Shown piece by piece: positions 58,650-64,000 of a stretch of 64,000 nt of DNA. Each line of letters begins with the position of its first letter. Position 1 is the first letter of the stretch. Where the stretch lies: NCBI GenBank assembly GCA_943704425.1, contig CALSCP010000012.1:5538-69537 (forward strand). The letters run 5' to 3'. Made by a program: the position numbers and the translations under genes. This stretch comes from Ministeria vibrans ATCC 50519. Its lineage: Eukaryota > Protista > Filasterea. The notes below the pieces were generated by a model, which was given only the letters and a program-made list of their open reading frames with translations, made no database searches and had not been told where the DNA came from.

Positions 58650-61600
58650 TCACTTCTTGGCCTTGTCAGCCTTGTCCTGCATGGCACGCAGTGCCGACAG
58701 AGACGTGTGCTTCTGCTGGATACCAGCAGCACCCACACTGGTGGTGAGGCGCGAGTTGGCGGGCGCACTGCGGCGCGGTGGACACGGACTCGTCTTGGCC
58801 TGTTGCACCTGCTTGGCGTGCATCTTCAAAAACGTCTCTAGCTTCTCCCATCCGCCCCCTACCCGCACCATACACCCCGTTCGCAGTACTACAAAAAAAA
58901 AGAGAAAAAAAAGAAAAGAAAAAGAGATGAATGAAAAAAAAACATCAAAAATTAATAATAATATACCTCGAATGAGCAGGACCATGTCACCCAGATGGTA
59001 CTTGCCAGGACGGTCGCCTTTGCGAACTCCCTCGATGCCCAGCGCATTGAGCACCTTGGCAACCTCCTCGTCCATAGCGTCGCCCTTGACTGGCTTGTAG
59101 GCAGCCTTCTTCTTGGGCGATGCCACGGGGATCTTCGAGGGAGACAGCGTTGAAGCGAGACGCGAAGCCTCTGCCTGACGCCGCGCCTCCTCCTCCGCCT
59201 CGGCGTGTCGTCGAGCCTCCTCCTCGAGCCGTCGCTGCTCAGCTGCCAGACGCGCCGCCTCGGCAGCCGCACGTGCCGCTTCCACCTGCTCACGACGCTG
59301 CCGTGCCGCCTCAGCCTCGGCTGCCGCTCGCTCCTCCGCCGCACGTCGGTTCGCCTCCTGTGTCTCGATGGCCGATCGACGGTTGGCGGCGGCGAGTCGC
59401 AACTTCTCTGCCTTGGCATCGGCTGCTTTGCGTCGCGCCTCTGCCACCAGGCGGCGTTTTTCGGCCTGCTCGCGCTCCTCCTGTTCGCGTCGACGCGCCT
59501 CCTCCGCAGCGCGACGATCCTTCTCGGCACGCGCACTCGCCCGTGCCTTCGCCAGGTGCTCGTCCATCTTAATGGGGAACGGCGAGCCATGCACCTCCTT
59601 GACGCCGTCCAGCTTGAGTGAGTAGCTCATGGGCGCCACGGCAGTCGGCACATACGAACACTCGTAGGTGCCGTCGCCCTTGTCCTGCACTGTCACTGTC
59701 GCCTCGTCGACGGGACCCGACACAAAGCTCAGGTCCATTGGCAAGCAGCCAGCGCCACTAGCGGGCGTCAACTCATGACCAGCCTTGTCCACCAGTTGCA
59801 CCGTAAACGTGTTCTCCTCGTCCGGTAGCGCGCCCGTCAGACCCGGTCCGCTCTGACGCACGCGCACCGTGTCGCTCACCGTGACGGTTCGCGAGCTTTC
59901 GTCGCCCGTGGACATTCCGTCGACCACCGCCGACAGGTGGTACTCGCCCGGTTCGCTCACGGTATAGCGTACAATCGCATCGTTGTCGTCAATGACCAGC
60001 GGCGCCTTAGACACGGCACTCGGACCCACCACGACCAAGTCGACCGCGTGCTCTTGCACGGCACTTGGGGGCAACGGTACCGCATCTTGTACCAAACCAA
60101 TGGTCACTGGGTTGCGCACGTCCGTGTACGGATGGGTGATACCAGCACCGCCCAGGTTCACTGCAGTCGCAGACAACGCTGGGGCCGCCGCCACAGCCGG
60201 AAACGACGGTACTGTCGGCAGCGGCACCAATGGCAACGACGCGGGCAGGCCAATGTTAACAGTCGCCAACACTGGCTTGCTGGGATCGCCCTGCGCGACA
60301 AAGGTCAGGGTGCGCTCGGTGGGATCATCTTCAGACGAAGGCTCTGCCATGGCGGGTGTGCCGTCATCGAGCGACACGTCAATATTTTCGCATCCGCTCA
60401 CGACAACCGAGTACCGGCCGGGCGTGGTCACGTCGTAAGCAACCGTGTGCCTGCCTTGGTCAAGCCACACACGCGGCTTGCCCTCGGCGGGCCCTTGCAG
60501 TCCCAAGTGCGCAATGCGACTCGTATCGGCGGCACCCGCATCGCTCATAATCACCGAGACGGCGGGCGACGCTGTCACCTGGTTGTTGACGTTGACATAG
60601 AACGGACTCATTTCGACGGGTCGACCGTCCACAAGCACATCTACGGCGTGCTCTCCGTCCACACCCGTCATATAGCTGCATGTGTACTTACCATCGCCAT
60701 GATCGACCACGTCGCAGGCGACGGGCGCAGCATCCGGGTCATCAAGCGAGCGCAGTGTCGCCGCCACATCAATGCCACCGTGGTTCAGTCCCTGACCCGC
60801 ATGGTCGACGGTGGCCACGACAAACTCGTTGACGGCCGCCACGCGCGGCGTGATCAGCCCCGCGCCACTTGCAACCCCGTGCACGAAGCGGCGCACCGTC
60901 ACGGGCGTCTCCACTCGATCCTCGGCACTGTCGTCAATGTCCACGGCAACCACGTAGTCGCCGGGTGTCTCTGTCGTGTACGCAAACACATAGCTGAGGT
61001 AGGCGGGTGCCGCGTCGCTCACGCTCTGGCTGCTCAGTCGCTTGTTGCCGCTTCGTGACATCTCGCTGACGCGGCGACGGTTTCCCGAGCGCACCACCTC
61101 CACGGCACCGGGACCTTCGACGGTCGCCTGGACACAAATAGCATTCTCGGGCAAGTCAAGGACCGGCTGGCCAGCGTCGTTGAGCACGTTCACATTGAAC
61201 GCATTTGCTGTGCCTGTCGTGGGATTCTCCAAGCCAGGTCCCTTGACCACAAGACGCATGCCGGGTCGCACAGGCACCAAAATAGGCTCGGCGAACAGTT
61301 CAATGCCGCTGGCGGTGGTGCCCGTCACGGCAACTGTGCCCGAGCTTACCACGGGCGTGTACTGCACCACATGCATCCCATCGCCCATCGACTCGACAGT
61401 GACCTCCTGTGAGTCACTAACGCTAACACTCGGCACGGCCTCGTCGCCGCTGTCGTCGTTGTCGATGCGCAGCGAAAAGGTCGCGCGTCGATTCGACACG
61501 GCCTGCTGAATACCGGGTCCCTCGGCATGGCCCACGGGACGTGGCAGCACAGTGACGGTGACAGGAGATTCAAGGAGAGGCTTGTCGTGAGCGGTGGGCG

Positions 61601-64000
61601 CCAGGATAAGATCGCCCTCCTTGAGGTTGGGAAACGAGGCGGTGTAGGTGCCGTCGCCGTTGTCGACGCACGCAGCCGCACTGTCCAGTCGCACCGGTTC
61701 GCCTCCCTCGTTCATGGCCACACCCGCGTTGGCAAGCGACAGCAATACCTTGGAAGTCTCGCCGGCAATCCAGCGCTCTGGCATGGACAGCTCGGCGGCG
61801 AGAGACGCTTCGGCAATGTCCACTGCAAGCTCTTGGCCATTGCACGGGCGCACGATGTAGCTTCCGGGGGTCTTGGGGGTAAATGTCAGTTCGACCGCAC
61901 CCACGACGGGAGGATCGGTGGCATTGAGGGTGAAGGGCACGCTGTTGCCATTGGAGTCGACAACGGTGACGGCAGACGCGTCGGGATCGACGGGCGACCC
62001 CGCGTGGTCCTTGAACTGGCCGGGACACACAACGGGAAGCTGTGCAACGAGAGGAGCACGCGCGTCCAAAAGCTCCAGATGCGGCACATCGGCAGCCACA
62101 GGAATGGTCGTGGGTGCACAAAGTGCCTTGGACGCACACACGGGCGCAATAGTGAAATCACCGGCGGACTCAGCCGTGAGCTTGGCGGTGTAGGTGCCAT
62201 CACCATTGTCGATTGCCTTTGCGCCATTGACGAACACAGGCTGGTCGTCACCAACGCTAGTGGTCATGGGGTCACCCGCGTTGACAAGAGACAGACGCAC
62301 CTCAAAGGGTCTGCCGGCAATGGCCGAGAGAGGAGCGGTGAGCGTCGCACTCAGGTCCGAGTCGCCAATGTGCACCACGTAGGGATCGCCGTTCGCCGGC
62401 GTGACCGTGTAATCGCCCGGTTGATTGGGAAAAAACTCGACGAGTGTGTTGCCATCGTCATCTTTGGTGAACGTGGCGGGAATGGTGTTGCCGTTGGGGT
62501 CGACAACAGATAGAGTTGACGCGTCGACTGCGTTGGCGACCGGTTCGTCGCGATTGTTGCGCGCGCGTGCCCGGCAACGCACGGGGTGCTTTGCGACTGC
62601 GGGACCGTCGGAAGTGTTTTCGTGGGTGACAGACACGACAGGCGCGTCGGCGGCGACCACAATACACGCGGAGTCACACAGGGGTTTGCCATTGCACGAA
62701 GGGAACAAGAGCAAGTTGCCGGGGTTTTGGGGCACCACAGAGACGGTGTAGGTACCATCGCCATTGTCCTTGACCGACTCTGCGCCCTCTACAACAACGT
62801 GCTCACCACCGTCTTTGACAGGGTCACCAGCGTTGAGCAACACCAAATTGGCAGAGAGCGCAACGCCCGTGGTGCCGGTGGCGGGCACATCAAAGGTGGC
62901 ACTGAAAGCGGGCTCGTCAATCTTGAGAGACACTGATTCACCCTTGCTGGGCGTCAGAGTGTACTCGCCGGAGATCATAGGTGTGAAAGTAACGGTCACG
63001 CCCGTGTCGTCATCGAGAGGCTTAAGTGTTGACGGCACTGTCACATTGGCGGGGTCCGTGATCTGAACAGTAGGCGTTTCGCCGTCGCCACCCTTGACCG
63101 TACGTCCAAGGTGGTCCACAAAGGTACCACGCACTGACACAGTGTGCTTTGCACACGATGGATCTACTTCGTCACCGTCAAACTGAATGGCGGGCACATC
63201 CGACGCGACGTCAACAGTCACAGGATCGCACAGTGGCGCGTCGTCCTTGCCCGTGACGCTCAGCACAAACTTACCCGGATCGTCGGGTGTGACTGTCGCC
63301 GTGTAGGTACCATCCCCATTGTCCGTGGCCGGTGCACCATTCACCTTGACCTCCTCACCGCCTTCGCCCATGGGGTCGCCGGCATTCAGCAGCGTCACTT
63401 TTGTGACGAGTGGCTCGCCCGTGGTTGCCGACGTGGGCGTATCCACCTCGGCTGTCAGTTGCGGCGCGGTAACCGTGACAGAGACAGGCTCGCCCTTGCT
63501 CGGTGTCAGAGTGTACTCGCCAGGCGTTGCGGGTGTAAACGACGCCACAACACCCGTCTTGTCGTCCAGTACCTTGACACTGACATCCACCGGCGCTCCA
63601 TTGCCATCCTTGGCTGTGATAGAGCACGGCACCTCGCTTGTGACCCCTCGACCAAGATGGTCCACAAACACACCGTCCAGCTCGACGGCATGCTTCGCCA
63701 CGGTGGGACTGGCGCCCGCACCGTCAAGCTTCAGCGACGCCACATCCGACGCGACGTCGACAGTCACAGGATCGCACAGTGGCGCGTCGTCCTTGCCCGT
63801 GACGCTCAGCACAAACTTGCCCGGATCGTCGGGTGTGACTGTCGCCGTGTAGGTACCATCCCCATTGTCCGTGGCCGGTGCACCATTCACCTTGACCTCC
63901 TCACCGCCTTCGCCCATGGGGTCGCCGGCATTCAGCAGCGTCACCTTTGTGACGAGTGGCTCGCCCGTGGTTGCCGACGTGGGCGCATCCACCTCGGCTG
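58650..64000 (-). CDS. 3' part of a giant filamin/Ig-repeat protein ending in an SAH-like helix, SxIP motif and GAS2 (GAR) domain
   Basis: ORF of at least 1,780 codons, open at the window edge. Filamin-type repeats (A.GPGL, DNGDGTY, SPF.V); E/R/A-rich helix; SKIP; GAR motif GKYHLG...LIRVLRTGCMVRVGGGWEKLETFL after removing the 78-nt intron at 58889-58966. Confidence 0.88.
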   Translation of the reverse strand, partial: AEVDAPTSATTGEPLVTKVTLLNAGDPMGEGGEEVKVNGAPATDNGDGTYTATVTPDDPGKFVLSVTGKDDAPLCDPVTVDVASDVASLKLDGAGASPTVAKHAVELDGVFVDHLGRGVTSEVPCSITAKDGNGAPVDVSVKVLDDKTGVVASFTPATPGEYTLTPSKGEPVSVTVTAPQLTAEVDTPTSATTGEPLVTKVTLLNAGDPMGEGGEEVKVNGAPATDNGDGTYTATVTPDDPGKFVLSVTGKDDAPLCDPVTVDVASDVPAIQFDGDEVDPSCAKHTVSVRGTFVDHLGRTVKGGDGETPTVQITDPANVTVPSTLKPLDDDTGVTVTFTPMISGEYTLTPSKGESVSLKIDEPAFSATFDVPATGTTGVALSANLVLLNAGDPVKDGGEHVVVEGAESVKDNGDGTYTVSVVPQNPGNLLLFPSCNGKPLCDSACIVVAADAPVVSVTHENTSDGPAVAKHPVRCRARARNNRDEPVANAVDASTLSVVDPNGNTIPATFTKDDDGNTLVEFFPNQPGDYTVTPANGDPYVVHIGDSDLSATLTAPLSAIAGRPFEVRLSLVNAGDPMTTSVGDDQPVFVNGAKAIDNGDGTYTAKLTAESAGDFTIAPVCASKALCAPTTIPVAADVPHLELLDARAPLVAQLPVVCPGQFKDHAGSPVDPDASAVTVVDSNGNSVPFTLNATDPPVVGAVELTFTPKTPGSYIVRPCNGQELAVDIAEASLAAELSMPERWIAGETSKVLLSLANAGVAMNEGGEPVRLDSAAACVDNGDGTYTASFPNLKEGDLILAPTAHDKPLLESPVTVTVLPRPVGHAEGPGIQQAVSNRRATFSLRIDNDDSGDEAVPSVSVSDSQEVTVESMGDGMHVVQYTPVVSSGTVAVTGTTASGIELFAEPILVPVRPGMRLVVKGPGLENPTTGTANAFNVNVLNDAGQPVLDLPENAICVQATVEGPGAVEVVRSGNRRRVSEMSRSGNKRLSSQSVSDAAPAYLSYVFAYTTETPGDYVVAVDIDDSAEDRVETPVTVRRFVHGVASGAGLITPRVAAVNEFVVATVDHAGQGLNHGGIDVAATLRSLDDPDAAPVACDVVDHGDGKYTCSYMTGVDGEHAVDVLVDGRPVEMSPFYVNVNNQVTASPAVSVIMSDAGAADTSRIAHLGLQGPAEGKPRVWLDQGRHTVAYDVTTPGRYSVVVSGCENIDVSLDDGTPAMAEPSSEDDPTERTLTFVAQGDPSKPVLATVNIGLPASLPLVPLPTVPSFPAVAAAPALSATAVNLGGAGITHPYTDVRNPVTIGLVQDAVPLPPSAVQEHAVDLVVVGPSAVSKAPLVIDDNDAIVRYTVSEPGEYHLSAVVDGMSTGDESSRTVTVSDTVRVRQSGPGLTGALPDEENTFTVQLVDKAGHELTPASGAGCLPMDLSFVSGPVDEATVTVQDKGDGTYECSYVPTAVAPMSYSLKLDGVKEVHGSPFPIKMDEHLAKARASARAEKDRRAAEEARRREQEEREQAEKRRLVAEARRKAADAKAEKLRLAAANRRSAIETQEANRRAAEERAAAEAEAARQRREQVEAARAAAEAARLAAEQRRLEEEARRHAEAEEEARRQAEASRLASTLSPSKIPVASPKKKAAYKPVKGDAMDEEVAKVLNALGIEGVRKGDRPGKYHLGDMVLLIRGILLLIFDVFFSFISFSFLFFLFFFVVLRTGCMVRVGGGWEKLETFLKMHAKQVQQAKTSPCPPRRSAPANSRLTTSVGAAGIQQKHTSLSALRAMQDKADKAKK
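63195..64000 (-). repeat. Near-identical intragenic direct repeat, period 546 nt (182 aa)
   Basis: 63195-63454 and 63741-64000 are almost identical at the DNA level. Confidence 0.95.

Overview
This is a gene-dense eukaryotic scaffold segment with short GT-AG introns, microsatellite-rich introns and four N gaps. It holds about 26 protein-coding genes plus a stray kinase fragment. Full-length talin, LIM kinase, arfaptin, WDR62/MAPKBP1 and CFAP70 point to a flagellate unicellular relative of animals (holozoan-like); the taxon is an inference. Genes in order: partial Rossmann-fold gene, two-domain mannose-6-phosphate-receptor-like protein (with a foreign kinase fragment inside an intron), SLC37 transporter, WDR62/MAPKBP1, cyclin B, PXB/DUF3818-like protein, DUF1295, truncated NAD-dependent epimerase, talin, HACD/PHS1, DDX21/50, a second DUF1295, SERBP1, secreted clan GH-A glycosidase, 6-phosphogluconolactonase, secreted orphan, SRP54, CDGSH protein, secreted beta-propeller, sterol C4-methyl-oxidase-like protein, LIM kinase, FAF1, serine carboxypeptidase, arfaptin, CFAP70, and the 3' part of a giant repeat protein. 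The strongest novelty candidate is this last protein. It has a filamin/Ig-repeat rod followed by an E/R/A-rich helix, an SxIP (EB1) motif and a GAS2/GAR microtubule-binding domain, i.e. a spectraplakin-like tail on a filamin rod. Other leads are a PDZ-less LIMK with TESK-like loops, an RFX X-box in CFAP70, a recurrent TTGATGA promoter motif and dispersed intronic repeat families. Exon boundaries were read by eye and family calls rest on recognised motifs, not database searches.
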